The notes: generated by a model from the sequence alone, not told the origin. A DNA stretch of 64,000 nt from Octopus vulgaris (GCA_951406725.2 OX597841.1:1860001-1924000), one strand, 5' to 3'. Positions 51,260 to 63,998 are shown, counted from the first letter of the stretch. Program-made: numbers and translations.

Positions 51260-51555
51260 GGTATGTAAACACATTCATATCTAAATATACCGATGATCAG
51301 TTTCGTACGGTTTTCTTATATATATATATAAAGAGGATAAAACCATTATTTAATGTTATATCTAGCACGGTGGTACCTCTCCAATACCCTTAATTATATA
51401 TATATATATATATAGTAAGTGGATAAGCGAAAGAAGGGCACTCAACCAATTTATTGGGAGTTACATGTATGGATCAAAACAATTTGATTCAAATTCGTTG
51501 GTACTCTTGAGTTTCAAGAGTGAAGCTAGTCATGTGTGTGTGTGTGTGTGTATAC

Positions 51556-51589
<34 letters not shown>

Positions 51590-52405
51590 ATGTATGATGT
51601 ATATATTGGTGCGGGCGTGGCTATGCAGTTCAGAAGCTTGCTTGGGTTCATTCCCAATGCACAACACCTTGGGCAAGTATCTTTTACTATAGTGCTGGGT
51701 TGACTAAAGAGTGGATTTGGTAGACAGAAACTGAAAGAAGCCCAAATGTGTATTTTTATACAGAGTGAATCAAAAGTAGCGCCCAGTTTGTGGAAGTCAT
51801 GCCTTTCTTTGTTGTTTTCCAGATTATTACTGACAGTTTTGAAAGTTACAAAATCTGGATCTTGTATCATGTTGTTAACACTGTTTGATTCCATGGGGGA
51901 ATATTTACCCCTTTTGGAAACAGGTAGGGGTTGGTGACAGGAAGAGCATCAGGTGATAGAAAATAGTAGTAGTAGTAGTAGTAGTATCTTCATAGGTTCA
52001 CGTCTACTTTGTGAGACATCTTATGTTGTTATATTTTTTCTTGCTTTACAGTTCTGCTAACAGATCATCCCATTATCATGTGTTACAGATGAAGAATTAT
52101 TGCACCAGAACATCTGCTGCCAATTATTTATGGATGTCCATTTTCCACTCTACACATCTTCCATTAACCCATATCCACCTTTATTCACTTAGAAATAATT
52201 CTTTAAGTTTATAACAAATTGTAGGCCTCTTAAAGGTTGGACTCAGTCTGCAACAAGCAGTCTGGTAAATAAAAAAAACAAAAACATCGACATTGCTTAT
52301 TTTAATCATATCAAAGCAATCTCATGATATCTAAGATATGAAACTGAGCCATAACAGATATTTAAAGACATTTCTCAGCTTTTTAAGAATTCCTCAAGAA
52401 ACAAT

Positions 52406-53458
52406 ATGGAGAATGTTAATCACTTGGACAAGTCTAACACAACTGTTTTTAACCAAATAAATGCAGTTAGAGAGATGGACGGAGATGAGAAAATTGTAGA
52501 TAAAAATGTTGCTGAATATCGTTGTGAGATTTGTAGGAAGGGTTTCTCTTCTGAACATGAAGTTTTCACGCACAAAAAAACACACACGGGAGACAGACAG
52601 TTCCGGTGCGGAATATGTGAAAAATCTTTCAACCAGAAATGCCATCTCATCATCCATATACGTAGTCACACTGGAGAAAAACCCTTCCGCTGTGAAATCT
52701 GTGAGAAATCATTCACAGATAATACTAATCTTGTCGTTCACAAAAGAATTCATACTGGGGAGAAACCATTCCACTGTGAAATCTGTGGGAAATCTTTCAC
52801 TGATAATTCTAACCTTGTCGTTCACATACGAATCCATACTGGAGAGAAACCGTTTCACTGTGATATTTGTGGGAAATATTTTGTTGCTAACAGTGTCTTA
52901 AGAACACACAAACGAATCCATACTGGCGAAAAACCATACCGTTGTGAGATCTGTGGGAAATCTTTTATTGAGAATTCAAAGCTTACAATCCATAGACGTA
53001 GTCACACGGGAGAAAAGCCATATCATTGTGAAATCTGTTGGAAGTCTTTTGTTAGTAAGAGTAATTTGACACAACATGAACGGATTCACAGTGGGGAAAA
53101 CCCCTTTCACTGTGAAGTGTGTGGGAAATCCTTCTCTCAGAATTCCAGTCTTGTGGTTCACGAAAGGATCCACTCGGGGGAAAAACCTTATCACTGTGAG
53201 ATTTGCGGCAAGTCTTTTGTCTCCAACAGTGATTTAAACAGGCATAAAATTATTCACAGCGGAGAGAAACCGTTCAGATGTGAAGTGTGTGAGAAATATT
53301 TTGTGAGTAACAGTTATTTGACGAAACACAGAAGAATTCACACTGGGGAAAACATTTTCCATTGTGAGATTTGTGGCAAGTCATTTATTACAAACAGCCT
53401 GTTAAAGAGACACAAGCAGATACACTCTGGAGGGAAGTCTGTTAAAGATGAGACCTGA
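52406..53458 (+). CDS. C2H2 zinc-finger protein, 11 fingers
   Basis: [16 protein letters not shown] start, 11 fingers and C-terminus KSVKDET, as in the 30068 gene. Confidence 0.95.
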   Translation: MENVNHLDKSNTTVFNQINAVREMDGDEKIVDKNVAEYRCEICRKGFSSEHEVFTHKKTHTGDRQFRCGICEKSFNQKCHLIIHIRSHTGEKPFRCEICEKSFTDNTNLVVHKRIHTGEKPFHCEICGKSFTDNSNLVVHIRIHTGEKPFHCDICGKYFVANSVLRTHKRIHTGEKPYRCEICGKSFIENSKLTIHRRSHTGEKPYHCEICWKSFVSKSNLTQHERIHSGENPFHCEVCGKSFSQNSSLVVHERIHSGEKPYHCEICGKSFVSNSDLNRHKIIHSGEKPFRCEVCEKYFVSNSYLTKHRRIHTGENIFHCEICGKSFITNSLLKRHKQIHSGGKSVKDET

Positions 53459-53507
53459 GAAGTGGTTCTCTGGCTAATCTAAAGTTATTTCTACCACCAT
53501 ATATATA

Positions 53508-53554
<47 letters not shown>

Positions 53555-53622
53555 TTATATGTATATATATATATGTATATATATAATGTAAAGTTATTTC
53601 TACCACCATATATATATGTATA

Positions 53623-53663
<41 letters not shown>

Positions 53664-53699
53664 TTATATGTATATATATATATATGTATATATATGTAT

Positions 53700-53900
53700 G
53701 TGACCGCGTGTGTACCTTTGGCAATTTTTTTTCCTCTGTCTTCCCTTCTAAGGATCTTTCCTTCTCCTTTGTTTCTGACAAAGAGCTCCGCTCGAAACGT
53801 TAAACCCTCCTTCTTTCCTGAGCGTCCAATAATACTATATTTGTTTCACGTCCTCGCGTTGTTGTGTTTTTTTTTTGTGCTTTCATGTTTGGATTAACTA
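53700..53900 (+). mobile_element. Penelope-like terminal fragment in (TA)n with a minimal hammerhead-like motif
   Basis: gttt-ctgacaaa-gagc-tcc-gctc-gaaacgtt-aaac at 53771-53805, flanked by TA microsatellites. Confidence 0.5.
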
Positions 53901-54199
53901 TATATATATATATATATATATATGTTTGTGTAGTTTGTGCCGGGTGACTGTATGGAGACGTTACACATGTAATTGATTATTTGGCATGTTCTCAGCACAA
54001 AAAACTATTAGTAGCATATAAAAACATGTATTGTGTCTATTAAATAATATATATATATTTATATAGATTAAAGCAGAAATGAAAGGACAGATTTGTTTGG
54101 CAAGACTTGACAAAGACATTTAATTTAGCTATATGAGAAAAAGTTATACACAGTCTCTCCAACAGCTGTTTCTAGAATATCCCAACTGGAACATAGTGT

Positions 54200-54880
54200 T
54201 GAGCAAGGATTCATTGGGTACATCTTATGGAGTTTCTACCTACATCTTTTCTACAGATTGAGCAGGGCCATCTATCTGATGGGTTTGTGATTTGTTTGCC
54301 TTCCTACTTACTAGAACTTTGGTTTTGCGACATTGACTTTAAGGCCCTTCGATACTAAACCTTGCTTCCACACCTGAAATTTCTTCTCTAGTTCTGGTAG
54401 TGATTGAGTTATAAGAGCAAAGTCATCAGCTTAGAGGAGCTCCCAGGTGCAGCCTGTCTTGAATTCCTCTGTTACTGCCTGGTGGACTATGATGAACAAG
54501 ATGGCACTGAGCACTGATCCTTGGTGAACCCCTACTTCTACCCGGAATTCTTCACTATACTTGTTGCGGACCCTTGCCTTACTGACAGCACCCTTGTACA
54601 GGGCCTGTACAGTTCTTATTAACCACTTGTCTATCCCTAGTTTCTGGATCACCCACCAGATAAAGGATCTGGGGACCCTGTCAAAGGCTTTCTCCAAGTC
54701 AACAAAAGCCAAGTATAGAGGTTAATTTTTGCTAGGTATTTCTCCTGCAGTTGCCTTACCAGAAATATAGCATCAGTGGTACTTCTACCTGGCACAAAAC
54801 TGAACTGCATCTCGTCTAAGCAGACTCTCTCCCTAATTAGGCTATGACCCTCTCCATGACCTTCATCACCTGATCCAGCA
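54200..54880 (-). mobile_element. RTE-clade LINE RT fragment
   Basis: ORF 54431..54712 reads AFVDLEKAFDRVPR...GVHQGSVLSAILFIIV. Confidence 0.9.
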
Positions 54881-54924
54881 TCCGGCGTCGCTGAAGAGTG
54901 ACACCGTTTTATAAGTGAGAAAGA

Positions 54925-55405
54925 TATCGACGACTTTTAACGTACGTCACCGGTGTCATTGAAACAAGGGGAGTAATTATCAACGACACCGCCTACAGGC
55001 TGTGTTTTTAATTGCGTGAATTATATCATACGTTGTAATTTTCTCATGTTTAGGTGAACGTTGATGTTCGTGCTTAAGACTAGGTGATATTACAGGTTTC
55101 AGGCTCGGCCTTCTATAGCCTTCATGATTAAATATGTCATTTCATCGCAGCTTTACATCGTTAATTAGTTGTTCCCTATTTTACAGGACAGGGAACATGG
55201 CTTTTAATCAACAACAAATCAATCAATGAACTTTTCATTCGGACTTTATATCAAACATTCTACTGGTGAGTAGAAAATATACCTACATTACATCTGTTCC
55301 TCACATGTAAACAGAGGACTGTGATATCTTAAGACAAGAAACTGAACCATAACAGATTAACTCACAGACACGTGTCAGTTTTTAAAGAATTCTTCAAGAA
55401 TTAAT
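54925..55405 (+). promoter_or_regulatory. Conserved ZNF upstream/5'UTR module (uninterrupted copy)
   Basis: Contains tacgtcaccgg, ccctattttacag, uORF MAFNQQQINQ*, ctactg|gtgagt and tcacag just before the ATG. Confidence 0.6.
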
Positions 55406-56548
55406 ATGGAGAACAGCAATCACTTGGATACTTCAAACACAAATGTTTTTAACAATATAGATATAGTTGCACAGACAGATATAGATGAGAAACCTGTCCT
55501 TGGCGAAGTATTTACTCAAGAAAGATCGTTACAGGAAAATCTTACTGAATATAGATGTGATGTTTGTCGGAAGACATTCTCTTCAGAACGTGAAGTCTTC
55601 ACGCATAAAGAAATACACAGTAAGGAGAAACATTATCAGTGTGAAATATGTGGGGAGTATTTTGTCTCTGATAATGTTTTAAGAATACACCAACGAAAAC
55701 ACACCCAAGTCAAACCGTTGGGCTGTGAAATATGTAGTAACAATTCTAGTCTTATTATCCACGTTTGCAGTCATACTAACGAAAAACCGTTTCACTGTGA
55801 AATGCTCAAGAAATCTTACTCTGGTAATCCTAGTCTTATAGTCCATAAACGAATGCACCCTGGCAAAAAAGCCTATCACTGTGAAATCTGTGGAGAATGT
55901 TTCTGTCAGAAATCTAAGATGACTTTACATAAATATAGTCACACTGGGAAGAAGCCGTTCTATTGTGATATATGCGGGAAATGTTTTGTGAGGAAGTGTA
56001 CTTTGTCGACACACAAAAAAATTCACTCTGGGGAGAAACCGTGGCACTGTGAAATCTGTGAGAAGTCTTTTGCGAAATCTAGCCATTTAAGCAGGCATAA
56101 ATTAACACACACGGGAGAAAGACCTTTCCCTTGCAATGTATGTGGGAAATCTTTTATTACTAACGATAACTTAAAAACGCACAAGATGATACATTCTGGG
56201 GAAAAACTATTTTGCTGTGAAATATGTGAGAGATCTTTTGTCTCGAATACTCATTTAAGCAGACACAACAGGGTACATAGTGGCGAGAAACCCTTCAGTT
56301 GTGAGATTTGTGGGAAAGGCTTTGCCTCTAACAGTGATTTAAACAGACATAAACGAATTCATACTGGAGAGAAACCATTTCATTGTGAAAAATGCGGGAA
56401 GTCATTCTCTGATAATTCTAATCTTGTGGGTCACATCCGCAGTCATACTGGGGAAAGACCTTATCATTGTGAAACTTGTGGGAAATGTTTCGTGACCAGT
56501 AGTCACTTAAAAAGACACTTACAAACACACACTGGAAAGAAGACTTGA
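55406..56548 (+). CDS. C2H2 zinc-finger protein, 12 finger units (2 degenerate)
   Basis: MENSNHLDTSNTNVFN start. Finger 3 has a 4-aa deletion and finger 4 has C->L, but the frame is intact. Confidence 0.93.
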   Translation: MENSNHLDTSNTNVFNNIDIVAQTDIDEKPVLGEVFTQERSLQENLTEYRCDVCRKTFSSEREVFTHKEIHSKEKHYQCEICGEYFVSDNVLRIHQRKHTQVKPLGCEICSNNSSLIIHVCSHTNEKPFHCEMLKKSYSGNPSLIVHKRMHPGKKAYHCEICGECFCQKSKMTLHKYSHTGKKPFYCDICGKCFVRKCTLSTHKKIHSGEKPWHCEICEKSFAKSSHLSRHKLTHTGERPFPCNVCGKSFITNDNLKTHKMIHSGEKLFCCEICERSFVSNTHLSRHNRVHSGEKPFSCEICGKGFASNSDLNRHKRIHTGEKPFHCEKCGKSFSDNSNLVGHIRSHTGERPYHCETCGKCFVTSSHLKRHLQTHTGKKT

Positions 56549-56576
56549 AACTGTGGAAACAGGAGAAAGCTTTCTT

Positions 56577-57051
56577 TTAATCCTTTCGTTACCAACCCAG
56601 CTGAAACTAGCTCTGGCTCTGAGAACAGATATCTTGTTTTCATAAGTTCTGAATTAAAATCTTCCACCAAACCTTAGTCACAATTTATGTTCTTAACACT
56701 AGCTGAATGATAACTAAGTTAGTTTACTAAATTCTTTGTTATATTTAAAGGAATTGAAAGAAACACAGAGCATTTCAGCAGAAATATGGCAACAAAAGGG
56801 TTAAAATATATAATAGAGAAACAATTCTTAACCCTTTTGATACCAACCCGGTGGAAACTGCCCTTGGCTCTGTAGCACAAATATCTTGTTTTCACAAGTT
56901 CTGAGTTAAAATCTTCCACCAAACCTTAGTCACAATTTATGTTCCTAACACTAGCTGAATGATAACTAAGATAGTTTACTAAATTCTTTGTTATATTTAA
57001 AGGAATTGAAAGAAACACAGAGCATCTCAAAATAAATACAGTAACGAAAGG
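56577..57051. mobile_element. Two tandem piggyBac-like MITEs (about 225 bp each)
   Basis: ttaa-tcctttcgttacc...ggcaacaaaaggg-ttaa (56577-56804) and ttaa-cccttttgatacc...gtaacgaaagg (56828-57051), with near-identical interiors. Confidence 0.8.
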
Positions 57052-60000
57052 AGATCTAAACTTATTGTCTTACTGGTGAAGAACGTTGAAACTAGTTCTA
57101 TTTGAATTAAGACATGCTTGCCAGGTATGTTTCCATGGAAGGTTGGAAATGAATAACACTGCTCATTTGGCAGTAACACTCATGTAAGACTAGAAGACAT
57201 GCACATATACACATGTTAGAAAAAAAGACTCTTATCTTAGTCTATTCACCTCAATAGACGTCATCGATTGGTTGAAATTAAACAACAAATAGCTTACAAA
57301 CTACAGAATTTTCTCAAGAAAGCCAAGAGAAAAAGATGTTTTATAAACACATTCTACCAGTATACGAAGTTTAAAAGTGTTTAGTTACGTGGAAATTATT
57401 TTAAAAATCTGCCGGTGAAAAGATCCAATATTTCTGTTTAAAAAGGAATGTCTTCCACATTGACGTCATAAAGAGATGTTTGTTTGAAAAGAAGGTTAAT
57501 GTTTGCTTTAACACCCAGCCACCAAAAAAAAACAAAAAACAATGTGCATTCAACTAATATATAAACAAAAAATTGTGCCAATGAACCGTGGGGTGAGGAG
57601 AGGAAGAGAACTTTCGGAATTTTCCGAAAGTCGTCTCCCCACCTTTCAGTTCATTGGCACAAATATTTGTTTTCATATTTGTTTATTACACATATTTTCA
57701 TACCTATTACACCTGGTTTTTTTTTTGTTGTTGTGGCCAGGTGTTATCATTATTTAGCGTCCGCTTTCCATGCTGGCATGGGTTGGACGGTTCAACTGGG
57801 GTCTGGGAAGCCAGAAGGCTGCACCAGGCTCCAGTCTGATCTGGCAATGTTTCTACGGCTGGATGCCCTTCCTAACGCCAACCACTCCATGAGTGTAGTG
57901 GATGCTTTTTACGTGCCACTGGCACAGGTGCCAGACGAAGCTGGCAAATGGCCATGATCGGATGGTGCTTTTTACGTTCCACCAGCACGGAGGCCAGTCG
58001 AGGCGGAGCTGGCAACGGCCACGTTAAAGTAACATTAACCGAAAATAACGGACAAAACAAAGTTTTGCAGGTCTAAATAAAAATATTTTTTTCTTGCCAA
58101 ATAAACACGCACTGTATATTCGTTCTTCATTCGTTTATTGTTATTTTATCTCAAGTCCCCTCACTTCTTTTTCCAAATCTATTCTGAATTCATATTATTG
58201 AAATACACTACTTTGTGTTGTGAATGCACGTGTGCACACATTTATTTGTTAATTAATATTTAGCAGAAGCAACAAAGTGACTCAGTGTCTGAGAGTTTCA
58301 TGCATTGGCACTTATTTATCAAACTAATTACAGGTAAAAAAGATGTGGGTTTATATATAGCGGATGAGAATTATATTTTCCTCTGGACTGTTCTAGATCG
58401 AATTTTAAATCAAAACAATGTCATTCAATTAAGTAGATACATAGCTAAAGAAATACAGAAATTTTGTGCCTGTCTTCAAACACATATACACAGTTGGTTC
58501 TGCTAAATATTAATTCCTGTTTGCATCACCATACCTGTACAGACAGACTTGTTAATGCTTGTATATATTAATTAATGTTCAGGTGTAATAAAAACAATTT
58601 TACATTAATCTGATGGATCACTCTATACTTTTGTAGAGTACAAAGTTATTTTTATACAAGAATTAGTTTTTTTTATTTACCATCATCATCATCATCATTT
58701 AATGTCCACTTTCCATGCTTGCATGGGTTGGACGATTTTGACAGGGCTGGCGAACCAGATGGCTGCACCAAGCTCCAATCTTGATCTGGCAGAGTTTCTA
58801 CAGCTGGATGCCCTTCCTAACACCAACCACTCCGAGTGTGTAGTGGGTGCTTTTTACGTGCCAGTCAGGCGGTACTGGCAATGACCTCGCTCGAATCTTT
58901 TTACACGTGCCACCGGCACAGGTACCAGTAAGGCAACATTGGTAACAATCACGCTCGAATGGTGCCCTTTTAGGTGCCACCGGCACGGAAGCTAGTTGGC
59001 TGCTTTGGCAACGATCATGCTTGGATGGTGCTCTTGGCACCCTACTAGCACGGGCACAAGTGCCAGTAAGGTGATCCTCCTGAATGCAGAGGACATGCAA
59101 AGAATAGAGAGAAATGAAGTTAATACTCCACTGCATGTGCAATGTCAGTGTACATGCAACACAGAGCACTGGTGTATAGAGAGAGAAGTTAGGTATAAGA
59201 GGATGTATAAGCAGTATGGAAGAGAAGAGACTGTGCTAGTTTCATCATGTGATGTATGTGGTTATGGACAGTTGCATAAAGAAGTGCCAACCTTCCTCAA
59301 TTCCCTCACACATCTACCATAACCCCTGCCTCCTCCATCATTTGCTAGTCACCTCATCCTGTCTCTATATCACCCCACCTATTCTCAGCACCATCAGTAT
59401 CTCCTGAGGGCATCTTCTAACACATCCCTACCATCATCTCTCTCTCTCTCACTATCACTCTCTTTATCTTACTAACTCACTCTTTGTTTTCCAGTTGGGG
59501 TCTCTATGTATCTACTCTACAGCAAGACATTTCTGTTTTTTTTTTCTATACCTTAAATCTCTCAACTGGCACAAAGAAACACCCCTTCAATACTACTCCC
59601 TACTCCCAGTTGGTGGGGGGAGGAGTTTGTCTTGCAAGGTATTTGCTGACCGTCGGTGATGTTGCCATCTAAAAAGCACCTAGTACACTCTGTAAAGTCG
59701 TTGACGTTCGGAAGGGTACCCAGCTGTAGAAACCAAGTCAAAACAGACTAAGGGAACTGGTGTGGCCCCTGGCCTTGCCAGCATCTGTCAAACCGTCCAA
59801 CCCCTGCTAGCGTAGAACACAAATGTTAAATGATGATGAGGATTCTTCAGCTGATGTTTGGAGTATAAATCAACATGAAATTTTTATGTCAATTTTTTTT
59901 TATTTAGGTCACATTAAAATGAGGAATTAGTATCATAGAATCAAGAGCCAATTTCAAGTAGGTTAGTATCAAAAGAAAGTCAAATGAAGACTATTGTTAT

Positions 60001-60299
60001 TTCTAATTGTAGAGCATATTTTCAACAAATCCTCTCTATATTAATCTCCTCACTTTCTCTATGTATATGTCAATGTCCACTGATGGCACACAAATTCAAA
60101 TGATTTTCCACAAAGTATGTATAAGCTGTAAGCTCTCTTTTTTCCAAACAGTAAAATGAGACTGAGTCAGTGTAAAAAGTTTTTATGTCAAATAACAGTA
60201 AATATATATTTCTTCAGGCTGTGTTTGTGGATTATCAGACTACAAGAAGGATTTACATAATTTGCAATGACAAATATATTTTACCAGCCTATATGTATA

Positions 60300-60680
60300 T
60301 ACTCTTTTACTTGTTTCAGTCATTTGACTGCGGCCATGCTGGAGCAGCGCCTTTAGTCGAGCAACTCGACCCCAGGACTTATTCTTTTTGTAAGCCCAGT
60401 ACTTATTTTATCGGTCTCTTTTTGCCGAACCGCTAAGTGACGGGGACGTAAACACACCAGCATCGGTTGTCAAGCAATGCTAGGGGGACAAACACACACA
60501 TATATATATATATACATATATACGACAGGCTTCTTTCAGTTTCCGTCTACCAAATCCACTCACAAGACATTGGTTGGCCCGGGACTATAGTAGAAGACAC
60601 TTGCCCAAGGTGCCACGCAGTGGGACTGAACCCGGAACCATGTGGTTGGTTAGCAAGCTACTTACCACACAGCCACTCCT
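60300..60680 (-). mobile_element. SINE family A, young full-length copy
   Basis: Reverse complement of the family A consensus. Confidence 0.92.
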
Positions 60681-62214
60681 ATATATATATACACACATAC
60701 ATATATATTATTTATTTGTATTGCTTTTACGTCCTGTTCTTGTCACTTTTTTTTTTTTCTACCCCTCTGCAAAAGAATTTTATTTAATTCTTTTGCAGGA
60801 ATGACTTCTTCGGCCGGATCGTGTTCTGCCCTTACCTTCGAAACATGCACTGAGTCGAACCTGGGGCAGCTGATGAAGGGGAATATTCCTTGTATTGTTT
60901 GTCTTGTACTCTGTTTTTTCGTTGTTAAAAAAAGTCCGTTTCCTTGTTTGTTTTTATGTTTTCGTTTCTCGTTGTGTTCTACGTTTATTTGTGGTGTCCT
61001 GTACTCATATATATATATGCATGTATATATACATATAGATGTAGGTATGTACATATATGTATGTATGTATGCATATGTTTTATTTGTTAAATTGTTATTA
61101 TATATATACATATTTATATATATAACTGCCAAGTACAAATATCTTAATTCACAAAGAATAATCCCCCACACACACGAATGACAGAAAATGCATAAAGAAG
61201 TGCTGAGCTTTGTGGAAGGAGTAGACCCAGGAAAATGTGGGACAAAGTGGTGAGAAAGGATCTGTAGATGTTTGGGCATCACAGTGGGGATGACTAGGGG
61301 GACCAAGACTTCTTGTAGTTTGCTGTGCTTGAGAAGACAAGTTAAGCTAAGTAAATACATGGTTGTTGTTCTTGCATCATTCTTCAGCTGAGCATTCCTG
61401 ATCTTGCAGGCTTGTGAGTGCCAGTGCCACATAAGAGCACCCATGGTAGTGTCGCATAAAGCACCTAGTGCACTCTGTAAAGTGGTTGGCATTTGGAAGA
61501 GCATTTAGCCATAGAAACCATGCTAAAACAAACATGGAGCCTGGGCAGCTCCTGTCAAACCATCCAACCTACGGAAAATGGACATTAAATGATGATGATG
61601 GTAGTTTTCTTTTCTTGTCCAATTTTTATTCATTTGTCAGCAGTAAAATTAAATAAAGGGGCCTGATTGGCCCCTGCCAGTTTGTGCCAGTCGTTATCAA
61701 GACTTCAAATGTTCACATCCCCCCACACACATTATTAATTTCCTCTGCAAAAGAGGGATAATGGTGCCTCATCTGAGAAATGAGACCCATAAGGTGGAGT
61801 GGCTGCTGCAGTGAGTATTGTTGGCCATTCTCTGGAGCAACAGCACCTCAGTCATGACCTTGAGGTGTGGTTGGGCACACCATTTGTTCTGAGGATACGT
61901 GGCCCATTGCCCTCACCTTCTCCACTTTCTGCTGTTTAATCTGCCGACACTTTTTTCTTTCACTGTTTCTTTGTTTCCTAGTAAATGAATTGTAATTAAA
62001 TAAAGCTTATGTTCATTTCAAAAAAAAAATTATAATTGACAAATAAGGATTTCCCAAATATTCTAATATCTTAGTGGAAGATTATGTTTATGCATTTGTG
62101 TTGCAAGAGTCCTGATGTGAAATCATGTGTTTGAAAAAGACGTTATATTTTGGGATGGTCTTTTTTCTTCCCCCATCCCATCCTCACCCAAAATATAACA
62201 ATAATTTAGTGGAA

Positions 62215-62725
62215 GAGTTTGTCTTAAACAAGAGCAGATTTGCAAACAACAAGATGAAAATTCAATGATTTCCAACATATTTCGTCAAGATACAACATCC
62301 TGCAATGTATATATCATGATAGACAAACTTAGATTTAACAGAAACAGATTTCAGATTAATCATGTTCCACTGTTTAAAGTCTTTCTGTTTGCATGTATTT
62401 CATCATCATCATCACCGTTTAATGTCCATTCTCCATGCTGGCATGGGTTGGACGGTTCAACTGGGGTCTGGGAAGCCAGAAGGCTGCACCAGGACCAGTC
62501 TGATCTGGCAGTGTTTCTACAGCTAGATGCCCTTCCTAACGCCAACCACTCTGAGAGTGTACTGGGTGCTTCTTATGTGCCACCTGCACAGGTGCCAGAC
62601 GAGGCTGGCAAACGGCCACGGTCGGATGGTGCTTTTTACGTGCCAGCGACACGGAGGCCAGTTGTGTCTTTTTAAGTTTCTGTTCGTCCCAAAAGATTTC
62701 CCACAGATATCACAAGGATGAGGTT
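62215..62725 (-). pseudogene. Tandem duplicate of the last finger and 3'UTR of the 62871 ZNF, disrupted by an RTE-tail insertion (62401-62661)
   Basis: 62218-62400 plus 62662-62725 match 62722-62977 almost exactly. Confidence 0.88.
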
Positions 62726-62870
62726 TGTCTTAAACAAGAGCAGATTTGCAAACAACAAGATGAACATTCAATGAAATGATTTCCAACATATTTCATCAAG
62801 ATACAACATCCTGCAATGTATATATCATGATAGACAAACTTAGATTTGAAAGAAACAGATTTCAGATTAA

Positions 62871-63998
62871 TCATGTTCCACTGTTTAAAGTCTTTCTGTT
62901 TGCATGTATTTGTTTGTGTCTTTTTAAGTTTCTGTTCGTCCCAAAAGATTTCCCACAGATATCACAAGGATGAGGTTTTTCTCCAGTGTGACTTCGAACG
63001 TGACTGACAAGATTAGAATTATCAGAGAATGTCTTCTCACATACTTCACATCTAAAGGGTTTTTCCCCAGTATGAATTCTTCTATGTTTCTTTAAATCAC
63101 TGTTAGAAACAAAACATTTCCCACAGATTTCACAACGAAAGGCTTTCTCCCCATTATGTATCTTCTTATGTCTGTTTAAAGTACTATTAGAGACAAAATA
63201 CTTCTCACAAATTTCACAGTTAAATAGTTTTTCTCCAGAATGCATCATCATGTGCTTCTTCAAGTGACCATTAGTAATAAACGATTTTCCGCACTTTCCA
63301 CAATAACACAGATTTTCTCCCGTGTGGATTCGTCTGTGAGACGTAAAATCACTTTTAGCAACAAAATTCTTCCCACATATTTCGCACTGCCACGGTTTCT
63401 CCCCAGTATGCACTGATTTGTGCGTATCTAAGCAGCTATATTTCGCAAAAGCTTTTCCACATATTTCACAGTGCCAAGGTTTCTCTCCAGAATGTGTCAT
63501 TTTGTGAACAATTAGATTCGATTTCTGAACGAAATTTTTCCCACATATTTCACAGAGGTAAGGTTTTTCTCCCGTATGTATCCGTTCGTGTGTTGATAAA
63601 TTACTCTTCTTCATAAAACATTTGCCACAAATGTCACAATGAAACGGTTTCTCTCCCGTGTGACTACGTTTATGTACAGTCAACTTACATTTCTGATTGA
63701 AACATTCTCCGCAAATTTCACAGTCATAGGACTTATCTCCAGTGTGTAGTTGTTTATGGACTACAAGACAAGAATTACCAGAGTAAGATTTTCCGCACAT
63801 TTCACACTGAAACGGTTTTTCTCCAGTGTGACTACGTTTGTGGAAAACAAGATTAGAATTATTTATAAAAGACTTTCCGCATATTTCACAGTGGAAGGGT
63901 TTATCTCCAGTATGTATTCGTTTGTGTGTGATTAAATTACTCTTGTTGACAAAACATTTCCCGCATATGTCACAACGAAACGGCTTCTCTGCAGTGTG
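62871..63998 (-). CDS. C2H2 zinc-finger protein, 3' part (13 fingers in window; 5' end outside the window)
   Basis: The frame is open from 63998 (HTAEKPFRCDICGKCFVNKSNLITHKRIH...) through ORF 62871..63800. Confidence 0.94.
   Translation of the reverse strand, partial: HTAEKPFRCDICGKCFVNKSNLITHKRIHTGDKPFHCEICGKSFINNSNLVFHKRSHTGEKPFQCEMCGKSYSGNSCLVVHKQLHTGDKSYDCEICGECFNQKCKLTVHKRSHTGEKPFHCDICGKCFMKKSNLSTHERIHTGEKPYLCEICGKNFVQKSNLIVHKMTHSGEKPWHCEICGKAFAKYSCLDTHKSVHTGEKPWQCEICGKNFVAKSDFTSHRRIHTGENLCYCGKCGKSFITNGHLKKHMMMHSGEKLFNCEICEKYFVSNSTLNRHKKIHNGEKAFRCEICGKCFVSNSDLKKHRRIHTGEKPFRCEVCEKTFSDNSNLVSHVRSHTGEKPHPCDICGKSFGTNRNLKRHKQIHANRKTLNSGT

Noticed and set aside
60830-60885. cgaaac...gtc...ctgatga as a permuted hammerhead
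   Set aside because: Stem I cannot form and the stem II closing pair is mismatched. At most it is a decayed relic.
60743-61504. 253-aa minus-strand ORF
   Set aside because: It is a chance read-through across an RTE relic, microsatellite and a short repeat, with no coherent protein.
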